Assembly (NCBI GenBank): GCA_030765505.1
Contig: JAVCCL010000032.1
Location: 34,807-98,806 of the forward strand
Direction: 5' to 3'
From: Candidatus Kaelpia imicola
GTDB lineage: Bacteria; Omnitrophota; Gorgyraeia; Kaelpiales; Kaelpiaceae
Length of the DNA stretch: 64,000 nt
The translations under genes were made by a program, and so were the position numbers. Positions 19,516-29,845 of the stretch are shown here, piece after piece. Within the stretch, counting starts at the first letter, position 1. Each line of letters opens with the position of its first letter. The notes beneath the pieces are model-generated. The model worked only from the letters and a program-made list of their open reading frames with translations, made no database searches and was not told the origin of the DNA.

Positions 19516-19872
19516 GTGGGCAAATTGATTTACGATGGGATTGAAAGAAGACAGTGGTCTCGGGTTGATATGAATGTACCTCTTAAATTCAGAGAGGTAG
19601 GTGAATTCAGCCGTTCTCCATTAGATTCAGAGACAAGAGATATAAGTGAAGGCGGTATAAGATTTGCAACTGATAAATTTCTTCCTAAAGATAGTAAGCT
19701 TGTTGTAAACATGGATCTCAATGATATCCCGGTTGTTAAAGCAACTGTTAAGGTTGTTTGGTCGGTAAGAGATTCTCATACCAATATGTATGAGATAGGT
19801 GTTGAGTTTGATACGATTCCTTCAGAGGCAAGAGTTCAGCTTTCCAATATTGTCAGAAAAAACCTGAATTAA
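19516..19872 (+). CDS. PilZ-domain protein (c-di-GMP receptor-like)
   Basis: GTG start. RRQWSR (RxxxR) plus DISEGGIRF (D-x-S-x-x-G) form the bipartite PilZ c-di-GMP binding signature. 118 aa. Confidence 0.7.
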   Translation: MGKLIYDGIERRQWSRVDMNVPLKFREVGEFSRSPLDSETRDISEGGIRFATDKFLPKDSKLVVNMDLNDIPVVKATVKVVWSVRDSHTNMYEIGVEFDTIPSEARVQLSNIVRKNLN

Positions 19873-20894
19873 GATCTATTCTTCCTCTCCAACTCTCTTT
19901 TTCTCTCTAACTCTTTCTGTTTCTTCCTTCTATCTAAGTCGTATTTATCTATCTTCTTATTCAAAGCCTGACGGGATATGCCAAGTAGATTTGCAACCTT
20001 AGATTTATTCCATTTAAGTTCATATAGTATCTCAGTCAATAGCCTCTTCTCGTATATCTCAACTACGCCTTTAAGCGTCTTATCTTTTACTGCCTCTAGT
20101 TTAAGATTGACACCCCCTGACCTTATCTTCTCAGATAAGTCGCTGGGCAGTATATGAGATCCTTCCGATAGTATCACAGCTCTCTCTATCTCATGCTCTA
20201 ATTCCCGTATATTGCCTGGCCAGTCATACTCTAAGAAATATTTTATTGTATCCGGTACTATATTTTTGATGGATTTTTTATCATTTTTATCGGTATATAA
20301 CCTCAGAAAATATTCTGCTAAGACCGGAATATCGTCTTTTCTCTCTTTTAATGGCGGAATCGGAATGTCTATGACGCAGATCCTATAAAAGAGGTCTCTT
20401 CTAAAGGCGCCTCTCTCTACCTCTTTTTCGAGATTTTTATTTGTTGCAGCGATTATTCTTACATCTACATTTATATCATTTGTTGAGCCGACTCTCTTTA
20501 TGGCCCCTTCCTGCAAGACCCTTAAGAGCTTGGATTGCAGGCCTGGTGAAATCTCACTTACTTCATCTAAAAAGAATGTTCCTTTATCGGCTGCTTCAAA
20601 TAGGCCTTTCTTCTCTGCGATTGCTCCGGTAAATGAGCCTTTGATGTGGCCGAATAGTTCTGATTCAAGCAGTGTCTCAGTCAGGGCTGAGCAGTTGACA
20701 GCTATGAAAGGAGCGTTCCTTCTCTTAGAGTGATAATGAAGCGCTTTAGCGATGAGCTCTTTGCCTGTTCCTGTCTCACCCCTTACTAAGATTGTGCTAT
20801 TTGTATTTACAACCTTCTCCATAATCCTATAGCTCTCTTTCATCTGACTGTTTGTGCCTATTATCTCTGGAAATGGATTCTGATATTCTTCCAT
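19869..20894 (-). CDS. sigma-54-dependent transcriptional activator (bEBP), AAA+ plus Fis-type HTH only, no N-terminal sensory domain
   Basis: Walker A GETGTGKE, GAFTGA-like motif ESELFGHIKGSFTGA, arginine finger region GAFRRDLFYRI, and a C-terminal HTH (VANLLGISRQALNKKI). The protein starts directly at the AAA+ domain, as in PspF. It has a basic KR-rich tail. Confidence 0.85.
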   Translation of the reverse strand: MEEYQNPFPEIIGTNSQMKESYRIMEKVVNTNSTILVRGETGTGKELIAKALHYHSKRRNAPFIAVNCSALTETLLESELFGHIKGSFTGAIAEKKGLFEAADKGTFFLDEVSEISPGLQSKLLRVLQEGAIKRVGSTNDINVDVRIIAATNKNLEKEVERGAFRRDLFYRICVIDIPIPPLKERKDDIPVLAEYFLRLYTDKNDKKSIKNIVPDTIKYFLEYDWPGNIRELEHEIERAVILSEGSHILPSDLSEKIRSGGVNLKLEAVKDKTLKGVVEIYEKRLLTEILYELKWNKSKVANLLGISRQALNKKIDKYDLDRRKKQKELERKRELERKNRS

Positions 20895-20896
20895 AT

Positions 20897-22243
20897 TTAA
20901 CCCCTCCTTAACTTTGTAGACAATATTTTAAGTTCCTCTCTGTATTTAGCTACTGTTCTTCTTGCAACATTGACCCCGTCTTCTTTTAATAGCTGTACGA
21001 TTTTATTATCACTAAGAGGTTTTTTGGAATCTTCTGCTACGACTACGTCCTTTATCTTCTCTTTAATAAGTTCACTTGAAATACCTTTCACATTGCTTGA
21101 GAAGAAATCTCTCAGTTCAAATATCCCAGAAGGTGTATCGATATATTTACCGTTTACGGTTCTTGAGATTGTAGATTCATCTAATCCGGTGTTATCTGAA
21201 ACTCTATTTAGAGTTAAGGGTTTAAGTCCGGCCTTGCCCTTCTTAAAGAAATCTTTCTGGTAATTTATGATAAAATCAGTAATTTTGATTATAGTGTTGC
21301 CTCTCTGTTCCATTGCCTGGATAAGCTCTTTTGTGGTTTTAAGTTTCTCTTTTAAATATTTTTTAGTCTCCTGCGGGGTTAGAGGGTCTTTTAATATTTT
21401 AAGGTACTGTTTATTTATCCTTATTTTGGGAATATCTCTCTTGTTAATTTTAAGATTATATTTGCCGTCCGGTGTTATATCCAGAAATAGTTCCGGTATT
21501 GCATAGCTGGGGAATATACTGCTGTAGTTTCTGCCTGGTTTTGGATCCAGGCTCTTCAATATCTGGAGAAACTCTTCCATTTTCTTATCGGTTATCTGGA
21601 GTTCTCTCTCTATTCTTTTGTAATTATGCGTAGCAAGTTCCTCTAAGAATCTTTCTATTATCTCTTGGAATATTTTTTCTTTTAACCCTTTTCTTGCAAG
21701 CTGTATGGTCAGACACTCTTTTATATCTCTGGCTCCGATTCCGGCAGGTTCAAAATCCTGAACTATTTTTAAAACTTTCTCGCATTTTCTATTTGAGACT
21801 TTTAATTTCTCAGCTATCTCAGGCAGGGTTATTTCAAGATATCCATTGGAGTTCAAATTGCCTATCATCTCTTCGCCTATTAAAAGCTCCTCAATGGTCA
21901 TCTTCTGTATATGGAGCTGTTTTAAGAGATGCTCCTGAAGTGTTTCAGGTTTTGTAACTAAACTTTCAAGGTACTCTCTTTTTTTAATGTCTTCCTGGCC
22001 AAACTTTTCAGACCTCTTCTCCCAGATATTATCTTCTTGGAATTCAAATTTCTCTTCATCCGGGATGTCGGGATCTTTCTCTTCTTCGATCTCAAGAAGC
22101 GGGTTCTCTTCGAACTCTTCTTCCAGTTTTTCTTTGAGTTCTGTGATTGGTACCTGGAGAAGGTTTAGGAGCTGCCAAAACTGAGGCAAGAGCTTAAGTT
22201 TTAGCGCCAGGTGCTGTTCAAGACGGGGAATCAATCTTTCCAT
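20897..22243 (-). CDS. rpoN: RNA polymerase sigma-54 factor
   Basis: C-terminal RpoN box ARRTVAKYRE, an HTH, and an acidic region II. 448 aa. Confidence 0.85.
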   Translation of the reverse strand: MERLIPRLEQHLALKLKLLPQFWQLLNLLQVPITELKEKLEEEFEENPLLEIEEEKDPDIPDEEKFEFQEDNIWEKRSEKFGQEDIKKREYLESLVTKPETLQEHLLKQLHIQKMTIEELLIGEEMIGNLNSNGYLEITLPEIAEKLKVSNRKCEKVLKIVQDFEPAGIGARDIKECLTIQLARKGLKEKIFQEIIERFLEELATHNYKRIERELQITDKKMEEFLQILKSLDPKPGRNYSSIFPSYAIPELFLDITPDGKYNLKINKRDIPKIRINKQYLKILKDPLTPQETKKYLKEKLKTTKELIQAMEQRGNTIIKITDFIINYQKDFFKKGKAGLKPLTLNRVSDNTGLDESTISRTVNGKYIDTPSGIFELRDFFSSNVKGISSELIKEKIKDVVVAEDSKKPLSDNKIVQLLKEDGVNVARRTVAKYREELKILSTKLRRG

Positions 22244-22255
22244 AATCTTTTGGGC

Positions 22256-22465
22256 TTAAAACATATCCTCTTTAGAATCTCCAGGCTCTTCTTTGAGGAA
22301 ATCTTCATTATTATCCTCTATTGCCACAAGTGTCAGAGGATTCTTCCTTATTATCTCTGATGAAGTATTGCATTGGGGACAGGAGATTGTCTCCCCGATC
22401 TCAGGTGTAAAATCAAGAAGTATCTCTTCACCGCAAGCAGGACATACTGCAGTGAGCTCTTCCAT
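22256..22465 (-). CDS. LysW-like zinc-ribbon amino-group carrier-type small protein
   Basis: CPACGEEILLDFTPEIGETISCPQCNTS... followed by an acidic tail (EDNNEDFLKEEPGDSKEDMF). This matches the LysW pattern CPxCGAEl...lGE.v.CpdCgaelEvv...acidic. No LysX/ArgX partner nearby. Confidence 0.45.
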   Translation of the reverse strand: MEELTAVCPACGEEILLDFTPEIGETISCPQCNTSSEIIRKNPLTLVAIEDNNEDFLKEEPGDSKEDMF

Positions 22466-22651
22466 TCTTATTTCTCCTTTTATCTGGTTGTTTTGTTCTT
22501 TTAAATCTCACTTAGTTTAACATAAAAACAGAGGGCTTCAAATAAAAATTAGTAGAGGTTTATTTAAATCAAGGGGAAATAGTTGAAATCTTAGGGTTGC
22601 CGCTTCTGATTCTCTTTACAAAATTCTAAATTGGTCTATAATTAATGCACT

Positions 22652-23944
22652 ATGCATAACCTTAAGAGGTTAATTTTAAAAAAAGATGCGCTAATTTCAA
22701 TTATAGGACTCGGTTACGTAGGTTTGCCTTTAGCTGTTGAGTTTGCAAAGAAAGGATATAGGGTTTGCGGAATAGATATAGATAGAGAGAGAGTCAAGAG
22801 TGTGAATAGAGGTAAGTCTTATTTAGTGGATGTAGATGATAAGATTCTCCAAACTTTAGTTAAAGAGAGGAGTTTAAGAGCCGGGACAAGCTATAGCACT
22901 ATTGCTAAGTCCGATGCTGTTATTATATCTGTGCCTACCCCTTTAAGGAAGACCCAGGAGCCTGATATATCTTATGTTATAGCTGCTGTTAAGGAACTTA
23001 AAAGATATCTTAAGAAGAATACCATAGTTGTCTTAGAGAGCACAACTTACCCTGGAACAACGGAGGAGATAATATTACCTCTGCTCTCCGGCGGCGGTTT
23101 TAAGGTGGGGCGTGATTTCTACCTGGCTTTTTCACCCGAGAGGATAGACCCTGCAAATAAGAGATATAATACGAAGAATATTCCCAAGGTTGTAGGGGGC
23201 TGCACCAAGAGCTGTCTTAGTGTTAGTAAATTGTTGTATTCTCAAGTTGTAAAGGAGGTTGTAGCCGTATCTTCTCCCAGAGTTGCTGAGATGGTTAAAC
23301 TCCTGGAGAACTCTTTTAGGGCTGTAAATATAGCTCTGGCTAATGAAATGGCTTTAATATGCGATAGAATAGATATAGATGTCTGGGAGGTTATAAAGGC
23401 AGCAGAGAGCAAGCCTTTTGGTTTTATGCCTTTCTATCCCGGGCCTGGTATCGGAGGCCATTGCATACCGGCAGATCCGATGTACCTTGCCTGGAAATCA
23501 CGGCTCTCTGGGTATGAGCCGGACCTTATTCGCACAGCCCATAAGATAAATTCCAGCATGCCTCAGCATATCCTAAAGTTAGTAAGAGATGCGCTTAAGG
23601 AGAGAAAGACAGCTTTAAACTTTATTAAGGTTCTAATTGTAGGTGTAAGTTATAAAGCAGATGTTAATGATACAAGGGAGTCGCCTGCTATAGAGATAAT
23701 GCGGTTACTCAATAAGAGCAAGGTTAAGATTGAATTTTATGATCCATTAGTAAAAGAGTTAAACTTAAAGGGCAAAAAGTATAAGTCTATTGATTTAAAT
23801 ACGAAAAAAGTAGTAGAGCAAGACGTAGTAATTATTGCTGCGGCCCACAGCGTGATAGATTACAATATTTTCAAGAAGGCAGCTCTTCTTATAGATACAA
23901 GGGGAGTGATAAAGTGGAAAGGTAAAAACCTGATTAGGATATAA
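22652..23944 (+). CDS. nucleotide-sugar dehydrogenase (TviB/WbpA/WecC family, UDP-GlcNAc/ManNAc 6-dehydrogenase-like)
   Basis: N-terminal Rossmann GLGYVGLPLAVEFAKKG (the GLGYVGLP variant typical of TviB/WecC rather than Ugd GAGYVG), and catalytic Cys region GGHCIP. 430 aa. Confidence 0.85.
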   Translation: MHNLKRLILKKDALISIIGLGYVGLPLAVEFAKKGYRVCGIDIDRERVKSVNRGKSYLVDVDDKILQTLVKERSLRAGTSYSTIAKSDAVIISVPTPLRKTQEPDISYVIAAVKELKRYLKKNTIVVLESTTYPGTTEEIILPLLSGGGFKVGRDFYLAFSPERIDPANKRYNTKNIPKVVGGCTKSCLSVSKLLYSQVVKEVVAVSSPRVAEMVKLLENSFRAVNIALANEMALICDRIDIDVWEVIKAAESKPFGFMPFYPGPGIGGHCIPADPMYLAWKSRLSGYEPDLIRTAHKINSSMPQHILKLVRDALKERKTALNFIKVLIVGVSYKADVNDTRESPAIEIMRLLNKSKVKIEFYDPLVKELNLKGKKYKSIDLNTKKVVEQDVVIIAAAHSVIDYNIFKKAALLIDTRGVIKWKGKNLIRI

Positions 23945-23945
23945 A

Positions 23946-24890
23946 ATGGCAAACTGGATGGTTACAGGCGGTGCTGGATTTATAGGTTCTAATATCGTAG
24001 AGGAGCTTTTAAAGAGGGGGGAGAGTGTTAAGATATTTGATAATTTCTCTACTGGCAGAAGAGAGAATCTCGTTTTCTCCGGCGAGAATCTTTCTGGTTT
24101 TGGAGTTATAGAGGGGGATATTAGAGATATGGATTTACTTAAGGAATCTTTTAAGGATATAGATTATGTATTACATCAGGCAGCTCTGCGCTCAGTACCT
24201 AAATCTTTTCATAATCCGGGAGATTATGACGAAGTCAATGTTAAAGGTACGATGAATGTTTTAATTGCAGCTAAAGAAGCTGATATTAAGCGCGTTGTCT
24301 ATGCGTCTTCAAGTTCTGTCTATGGGGAGAGAGAAGATCTGCCTGAAGAAGAGAGTGACTTGCCTAATCCGCTCTCTATCTATGCCGCTGCAAAGCTTAA
24401 CGGAGAGTATTACTGTAATGTCTTCTCAAAGCTTTATGGAGTCCAGACTATAGTTTTAAGGTATTTTAACGTTTTTGGACCTAAACAGTCGCTGGAAAAT
24501 AAATATGCGGTTGTAGTCCCTAAGTTTATCAACTCTTTTATCAAAAAAGAACCACCTCCTATATACGGCGATGGGCTTCAAAGCAGAGATTTCACTTATA
24601 TAACAAATGTTGTTAATGCAAATATTCTTGCAGCAACTGAGAAAGATGCTAGCGGTATATTTAACATTGCCGGAGGTAGAGCCAATACAGTCTTGGAGTT
24701 ATTTAAGATCATAAAAGATTATTTTAAAATCGAATTAGAACCTAAGTTTGAATCTCCGCGAGTTGGAGATGTCAAACATACCCTTGCAGATATAACAAGG
24801 GCAAGGAGCATTCTGGGGTATAGAGCAGAGGTTGATTTCAAAGAGGGTGTCAGGAGAACCATAGAATGGTTTAAGGAGAATACTATATGA
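23946..24890 (+). CDS. NAD-dependent nucleotide-sugar epimerase (TviC/WbpP-like SDR)
   Basis: [12 protein letters not shown] Rossmann fold, YAAAKL (YxxxK), LRYFNVFGP. Adjacent to a TviB-like dehydrogenase, which is the classic TviB/TviC pairing. Confidence 0.85.
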   Translation: MANWMVTGGAGFIGSNIVEELLKRGESVKIFDNFSTGRRENLVFSGENLSGFGVIEGDIRDMDLLKESFKDIDYVLHQAALRSVPKSFHNPGDYDEVNVKGTMNVLIAAKEADIKRVVYASSSSVYGEREDLPEEESDLPNPLSIYAAAKLNGEYYCNVFSKLYGVQTIVLRYFNVFGPKQSLENKYAVVVPKFINSFIKKEPPPIYGDGLQSRDFTYITNVVNANILAATEKDASGIFNIAGGRANTVLELFKIIKDYFKIELEPKFESPRVGDVKHTLADITRARSILGYRAEVDFKEGVRRTIEWFKENTI

Positions 24891-25828
24891 AAAGGGCTGT
24901 TGTTACCGGAGGTTGCGGTTTTTTAGGGTCTTATCTGTGTCAAAGGTTGATTGAAGATGGGTTTGAAGTTGTGGCTATAGATAATCTTATTACCGGAGAT
25001 TTGAAAAACATAGAGCAGATAAACTCTGATTCTATTTTTGAACATATAAACTACGATGTCTCTAAGTATATAGATATTCCAGGTGAAGTTGATTGGGTAT
25101 TCCATTTTGCTTCTCCCGCATCTCCGACAGATTATTTGAATTACCCTATTCAGACTCTCAAGGCCGGTGCGTTGGGTACCCACAATACTTTAGGTCTGGC
25201 TAAAGCCAAGGGTGCAAAATATATGCTTGCTTCAACTTCAGAGGTTTATGGCGACCCGCTCCTAAATCCCCAGCCTGAAGATTACTGGGGTAATGTGAAT
25301 CCGATTGGGCCTAGAGGGGTATATGATGAGGCCAAAAGGTTTGCCGAGTCTATGGTTATGGCCTATAGAAGAGTGCATAATATAGATACTAGGATTATCA
25401 GAATATTTAATACTTATGGCCCTAAGATGAGATATGATGACGGTAGAGTAGTACCTAATTTTATAACTCAGGCATTAAGAGGAGAAGACCTGAGTATCTT
25501 TGGCGATGGGACTCAGACCCGGTCGTTCTGTTATGTGGATGATCTGATAAAAGGTATTTTGGCTCTTATGAGAGTCAAGGAACATGAACCTGTTAATCTG
25601 GGAAATTCTCGGGAGTTAAAGGTAGTAGAATTAGCCGGTATTATATTGGATATTACAAAGAGTAAAAGTAAGAAGAGGTTTCTATCTCTTCCTCAAGATG
25701 ATCCTAAATTAAGAAGGCCTGATATAACTAAAGCAAAAAGGCTGCTTGATTGGAAAGCAGAGATATCTTTAGAGCAAGGGCTTGCTAAAACCATAGAGTA
25801 CTTTAAAGAAAGATTGTCACTTGATTAA
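24887..25828 (+). CDS. UDP-glucuronate decarboxylase (UDP-xylose synthase, UXS family)
   Basis: [13 protein letters not shown]...[15 protein letters not shown]...[26 protein letters not shown]...[15 protein letters not shown] matches UXS1 signature blocks almost residue-for-residue. Confidence 0.85.
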   Translation: MKRAVVTGGCGFLGSYLCQRLIEDGFEVVAIDNLITGDLKNIEQINSDSIFEHINYDVSKYIDIPGEVDWVFHFASPASPTDYLNYPIQTLKAGALGTHNTLGLAKAKGAKYMLASTSEVYGDPLLNPQPEDYWGNVNPIGPRGVYDEAKRFAESMVMAYRRVHNIDTRIIRIFNTYGPKMRYDDGRVVPNFITQALRGEDLSIFGDGTQTRSFCYVDDLIKGILALMRVKEHEPVNLGNSRELKVVELAGIILDITKSKSKKRFLSLPQDDPKLRRPDITKAKRLLDWKAEISLEQGLAKTIEYFKERLSLD

Positions 25829-27086
25829 CAAAATTAAAGTGGTATTCAAAAAACAACAGCTTTATTCCCAGGCGACAATTCTATTCTTAGCTGCCTCTGT
25901 AGGTAACTTCTTTAGTCTGTTGTATCACCTTTTTATGGTTCGGGCGCTTAGCCCTCAAGATTACGGTGTTATGAGCACTCTTTTTGCCTGTATCATGTTT
26001 TTTGCTATGCCTACAGGAAATCTTCAAATTACGCTTACTCGTTTTGTAGCACGCTATCATGGTATGGGCTCTAAATCGGCAATAGTAAGATTACTTAAGG
26101 GTATCTCAGGAAGAATATTTATTTTAGGTGCCATTATTGCAGCAGTAATATTTGTGGGTGCAAGATCTATAGCCGGCTATCTGCATATAGATAATCTTAT
26201 GCCTGTCTACAGTATGGCAGGTGTGGTTATGGCTAGCCTATTGCTGCCGGTTACTATGGCAGGTTTACAAGGTCTGCAGCATTTTCTCTCTTTAGGTTTG
26301 AGTATGATCTGCATGAATGTAGGGAAACTTATATTGGCTGTTGCTTTTGTTTTGTTAGGTTTCGGCGTAACAGGGGCTTTAAACTCTTTGACTGCAGGAG
26401 TTCTGATTGGTGCTGTTATTGCTTTTGCGATTCTAAAGAGTTCTATCAGAAAGATAGATTTTGAAAAAGATACCAATGTAGATGTGAGTTTCAAAGAGAT
26501 ATACCTCTATATTTTACCTGTCAGTCTTGCAATGTTATCTTTTGTGATGTTGACTCATTTAGACCTTATTCTCGTTAAACATTTCTTTACCCCTCTTGAA
26601 GCGGGATATTACTCTATAGCTCAGATGATAGGTAAGATGGTGCTCTTTCTTCCGGCTGCGATATGCATGGTGATGCTGCCAAAGGTTGCTAACTCTCATG
26701 CTAAAGAAGAAGAGACGATACACCATCTTAAGCACTCTACTCTTTATATAGTAGTACTTGTTATCTTTGCAGCCTCTGTGATTATAATATTCCCGGAACT
26801 TATGGTAAAATTGTTTACAGGTAAGGTCTATCCTCAATGCTACAACCTGGTGAGGCTATTCGCTGTAAGTATGGGGTTTTTTGCCATATGTTTTAATTTT
26901 CTGCTCTATTATCTGTCTTTAAACAGGATAAAGTTTATGATTCCCTTCCTCATTGTGCTGGTCTTAGAGGCAGGTTTAATATATTTCTGGCATAATAGCC
27001 TTAGTCAGATATTGGGTATTGTCATAGCTGCTGCTTTTGTACTCTTTTTAGCAAACGTAGTAATAATTAAGAAAAATTTCACTTAA
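25821..27086 (+). CDS. polysaccharide biosynthesis flippase (Wzx/MOP-family-like), 12 predicted TM
   Basis: Multi-TM protein beginning [34 protein letters not shown]..., the typical start of oligosaccharide flippases. Lies in a sugar-nucleotide cluster. Confidence 0.65.
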   Translation: MINKIKVVFKKQQLYSQATILFLAASVGNFFSLLYHLFMVRALSPQDYGVMSTLFACIMFFAMPTGNLQITLTRFVARYHGMGSKSAIVRLLKGISGRIFILGAIIAAVIFVGARSIAGYLHIDNLMPVYSMAGVVMASLLLPVTMAGLQGLQHFLSLGLSMICMNVGKLILAVAFVLLGFGVTGALNSLTAGVLIGAVIAFAILKSSIRKIDFEKDTNVDVSFKEIYLYILPVSLAMLSFVMLTHLDLILVKHFFTPLEAGYYSIAQMIGKMVLFLPAAICMVMLPKVANSHAKEEETIHHLKHSTLYIVVLVIFAASVIIIFPELMVKLFTGKVYPQCYNLVRLFAVSMGFFAICFNFLLYYLSLNRIKFMIPFLIVLVLEAGLIYFWHNSLSQILGIVIAAAFVLFLANVVIIKKNFT

Positions 27087-27154
27087 TTAAGTTGACTTGA
27101 AATAACTTTTCGAGTAAGTTATTAATACTTAAGCAGAAATAAGGAGGTGTTTAG

Positions 27155-27448
27155 ATGGTAAAGTACGTTGTGTTGATTTTAGGAGTTCTTTTTGTTGTAT
27201 TGGGTATTGTAGGAGCAGTTGCTTGGTGGCCGAATTTTCTTATAGTGTTAAAAGGCGGAGGTTGTCCTTTTCTGGCTTTCATTGGTGCTATTATGGCAAT
27301 AGCTGCAGTAGGTGAAATTAGAGATGCTATAGCTAGAAAGAAAGAGGAGAAGAAAGAGCCTCAAGAAGAACCAAAGCCAGAACCAGCTGTATCTCAAGAA
27401 GTGACAGAGCAGCAGGAAGCACCCCAAGAAGAGCCCAAGCAAGAATAG
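27155..27448 (+). CDS. small membrane protein with two TM helices and Pro/Glu/Lys-rich C-terminal tail
   Basis: RBS AAGGAGG. MVKYVVLILGVLFVVLGIVGAVAWW...AFIGAIMAIAAVGEI, then KKEEKKEPQEEPKPEPAVSQE... Confidence 0.5.
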   Translation: MVKYVVLILGVLFVVLGIVGAVAWWPNFLIVLKGGGCPFLAFIGAIMAIAAVGEIRDAIARKKEEKKEPQEEPKPEPAVSQEVTEQQEAPQEEPKQE

Positions 27449-27469
27449 ATTAGTTAAGTTATGTTTTAG

Positions 27470-27500
27470 CAGGGGGGTAATTTAGGCCCCCCTTTTTCTA
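27470..27500 (+). terminator. rho-independent terminator
   Basis: aGGGGGGtaatttagGCCCCCCtttttctattttt. Confidence 0.55.
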
Positions 27501-27510
27501 TTTTTATATT

Positions 27511-28917
27511 ATGAGAGTAGTAATTGAACATATAAATGGTCTTTATCAATTTTTAGATGATGAAGAGATTTATCTGGTGGGTGGATTTTTACGGGATCTA
27601 ATCTTAGGCAGAAAAAGAGATTCTCTTGATTTTGATTTTGCCTCCTCAGGCGATGTTGGGTCAATATCTAAAAAGTTTGCAGAGAGTATAGGCGGGAGCT
27701 GGGTCAGTCTGGATGATTTTAACCGTATCTATAGGGTGGTAATAAGAGAAGAGTCTATTATTCAATATGATTTCTCTGCCTTAAGGGGAGAGAGCATAGA
27801 AGAAGATCTAAAGAGCAGAGATTATACAATAAATGCTCTAGGGCTTAAGGTAGAAAAAAAAGGTTTAGATACTGAAAATTTAATAGACCCTTGCGGGGGC
27901 TTGAATGACCTGAGTAAAGAAATAGTTCGAGTTATCTCTGAAGATAATCTGCTCTCCGACCCTCTAAGGATTTTGAGAAGGGTGAGCATTGCTAGTTATC
28001 TCGACTTTACCATTGAACCCTCAAGCTATGAATTACTAAAGAAACATTCAGGTCTTATTAAGAGTATTGCCGGGGAACGAATAAGCTTTGAGCTTTTTAG
28101 ACTCTTTCAGGGCAGCTCTTCTTATAAGTATGTTCAGATATTGCATCAGCTGGGTATCTTAAGCATTATATTGCCAGGTTGGGCAGGGCTCTCTATCCCG
28201 GATCCCGGTCCTTATCATCATCTTCCGGTAGATTTTCACTCTATAGAGAGCTTAAAACAGCTTGAGTCTTTACTTGAAGATTTGGCTGATAATTTAAGAG
28301 TCCAAGACTACTTAAATGAAAAGATAAGAGAGAACCGAAGAAGAGTTGATATCTTAAAGCTTGCAGCCTTGTTACATGATATCGGTAAAGGCTCTGCCTA
28401 TTTTGTAGATAGTGATGGTAAGATAAAATTTACTGGTCATGATAAACTGGGCAGAGAGATGATTGATGATCTAGCTCTTGAGCTTAAGCTTTCCAAGAGA
28501 GAATCTACAATGATATCCGATATGGTCTATTATCATCTAAGGCCGGGTTGTCTTATTGAGTGTATCCATTCTAAAAAGGCGAAGTTCAGGTATTTTAGAG
28601 ATACTGATTCTGAGGCTGTCTCAATCATGCTTCTATCTGTAGCAGATAAGAGTGCTACCCGGGGAGAGTTATCCGATTTAAATGATATAGCTAATCATAG
28701 AGAAGTTTTACTGGATTTAATTGAAGAATATTTTAATAAGAGCGAGGAGATAATACCGCCTAAACTAATAAACGGAAATGATATAATAGAGATCTTAAAA
28801 ATAGAGCCATCTAGAAAGGTAGGCCAGATTTTAAAAGAGATTCAGGAGAGACAGGCATTGGGTGAAATTAAAACTCGTGAAGATGCAATGAAATACATAA
28901 GTCATATAAAGTCTTAA
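27511..28917 (+). CDS. cca: CCA-adding tRNA nucleotidyltransferase with HD domain
   Basis: GGFLRDLILGRKRDSLDFDFA (pol-beta nucleotidyltransferase GGxVRD...DxD), and an HD domain LHDIGK. Confidence 0.8.
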   Translation: MRVVIEHINGLYQFLDDEEIYLVGGFLRDLILGRKRDSLDFDFASSGDVGSISKKFAESIGGSWVSLDDFNRIYRVVIREESIIQYDFSALRGESIEEDLKSRDYTINALGLKVEKKGLDTENLIDPCGGLNDLSKEIVRVISEDNLLSDPLRILRRVSIASYLDFTIEPSSYELLKKHSGLIKSIAGERISFELFRLFQGSSSYKYVQILHQLGILSIILPGWAGLSIPDPGPYHHLPVDFHSIESLKQLESLLEDLADNLRVQDYLNEKIRENRRRVDILKLAALLHDIGKGSAYFVDSDGKIKFTGHDKLGREMIDDLALELKLSKRESTMISDMVYYHLRPGCLIECIHSKKAKFRYFRDTDSEAVSIMLLSVADKSATRGELSDLNDIANHREVLLDLIEEYFNKSEEIIPPKLINGNDIIEILKIEPSRKVGQILKEIQERQALGEIKTREDAMKYISHIKS

Positions 28918-29012
28918 ATTTGACACATATTTAGAAATGCGGTATTTTTAAGGTAAGGGGGCAAAAATCTATTATAAAGAAGCGCAGTCTATTTGTTATA
29001 TTTTTCTTACTT

Positions 29013-29318
29013 TTGTCTGTTGTCTCATCTGGCAAATTTCAGGATATTTCGCTGAATTGTTTCAGAAGAGTAAGAGTGGGCGGTAATATTAATTTTTATC
29101 AAACAGTCCAAGATATCTTGATGGATTTAGAAGAAAGGATTACACATGTGGACAAGGTAATTGTATTTGATGAACTTCGCTGTGGGCCTCATGGCAGTAT
29201 TTCCTGGAAGAGATTGCGAAATATGTTTACTGATGAAAATAGAGTGATATCTGTAACTGATGTACCTGTGGATGAGAATGGAATTATTAACTATAGTACG
29301 AACAGCATTTTGGGGTAA
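29013..29318 (+). CDS. hypothetical protein (weak coding evidence)
   Basis: ORF only; no motif recognised. Confidence 0.25.
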   Translation: MSVVSSGKFQDISLNCFRRVRVGGNINFYQTVQDILMDLEERITHVDKVIVFDELRCGPHGSISWKRLRNMFTDENRVISVTDVPVDENGIINYSTNSILG

Positions 29319-29380
29319 CGCTTCTCGGTCAATTTCGAATACGTCTGGGTGAAAAATATGCTAATAAAAAGGCAACGGTA

Positions 29381-29782
29381 TTGTTTTCTAAGGATAAAGA
29401 TAATAGTATGACAGCGTTGCGAGTTGAAATAGATGGTGAAGTTATTATTAATGAGGCGATGGTTTCATATCTTGTGAACAAAAATGGAGTCGAGCTTTGT
29501 GCTCCATCGTGTAACAATAATGTATTTGGGGTAGAACCTTTTCAGGATTACTTTTACTTTAGGTCTATAAGTCCGGAAGGTGATAATGCGGAGTATAATA
29601 CGTTGTATATTGTAAATCAGCGCCTTTCTCCTAAAGGGGGATTCATTCTTTTCAGCAAAACTCAAGAGACAATACTTTCAGATGAATTTGCCAAATCTCC
29701 TGTGTATTGTTTTTATGGTTTTTTACAAGAAGGTAAGGCGTTAAGCTACTCTCTAGAATTAGTTGAAGGCCCTGAGTTGTAA
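29381..29782 (+). CDS. hypothetical protein (weak coding evidence)
   Basis: ORF only; no motif recognised. Confidence 0.25.
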   Translation: MFSKDKDNSMTALRVEIDGEVIINEAMVSYLVNKNGVELCAPSCNNNVFGVEPFQDYFYFRSISPEGDNAEYNTLYIVNQRLSPKGGFILFSKTQETILSDEFAKSPVYCFYGFLQEGKALSYSLELVEGPEL

Positions 29783-29816
29783 TTTTACCAATCCTTATCC
29801 TGTTTTGTACCTGTAC

Positions 29817-29845
29817 TTGCAATTTATTTATATTCCTTTTACAAT
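29817..29845 (+). promoter_or_regulatory. sigma-70-like promoter for tRNA-Ser
   Basis: TTGCAA (29817-22), 17-nt spacer, TACAAT (29840-45), 9 nt before the tRNA 5' end. Confidence 0.4.

Noticed and set aside
20441-20733. Plus-strand ORFs inside the sigma-54 activator gene
   Set aside because: Antisense to a gene with unambiguous AAA+ / GAFTGA motifs; shadow ORFs.
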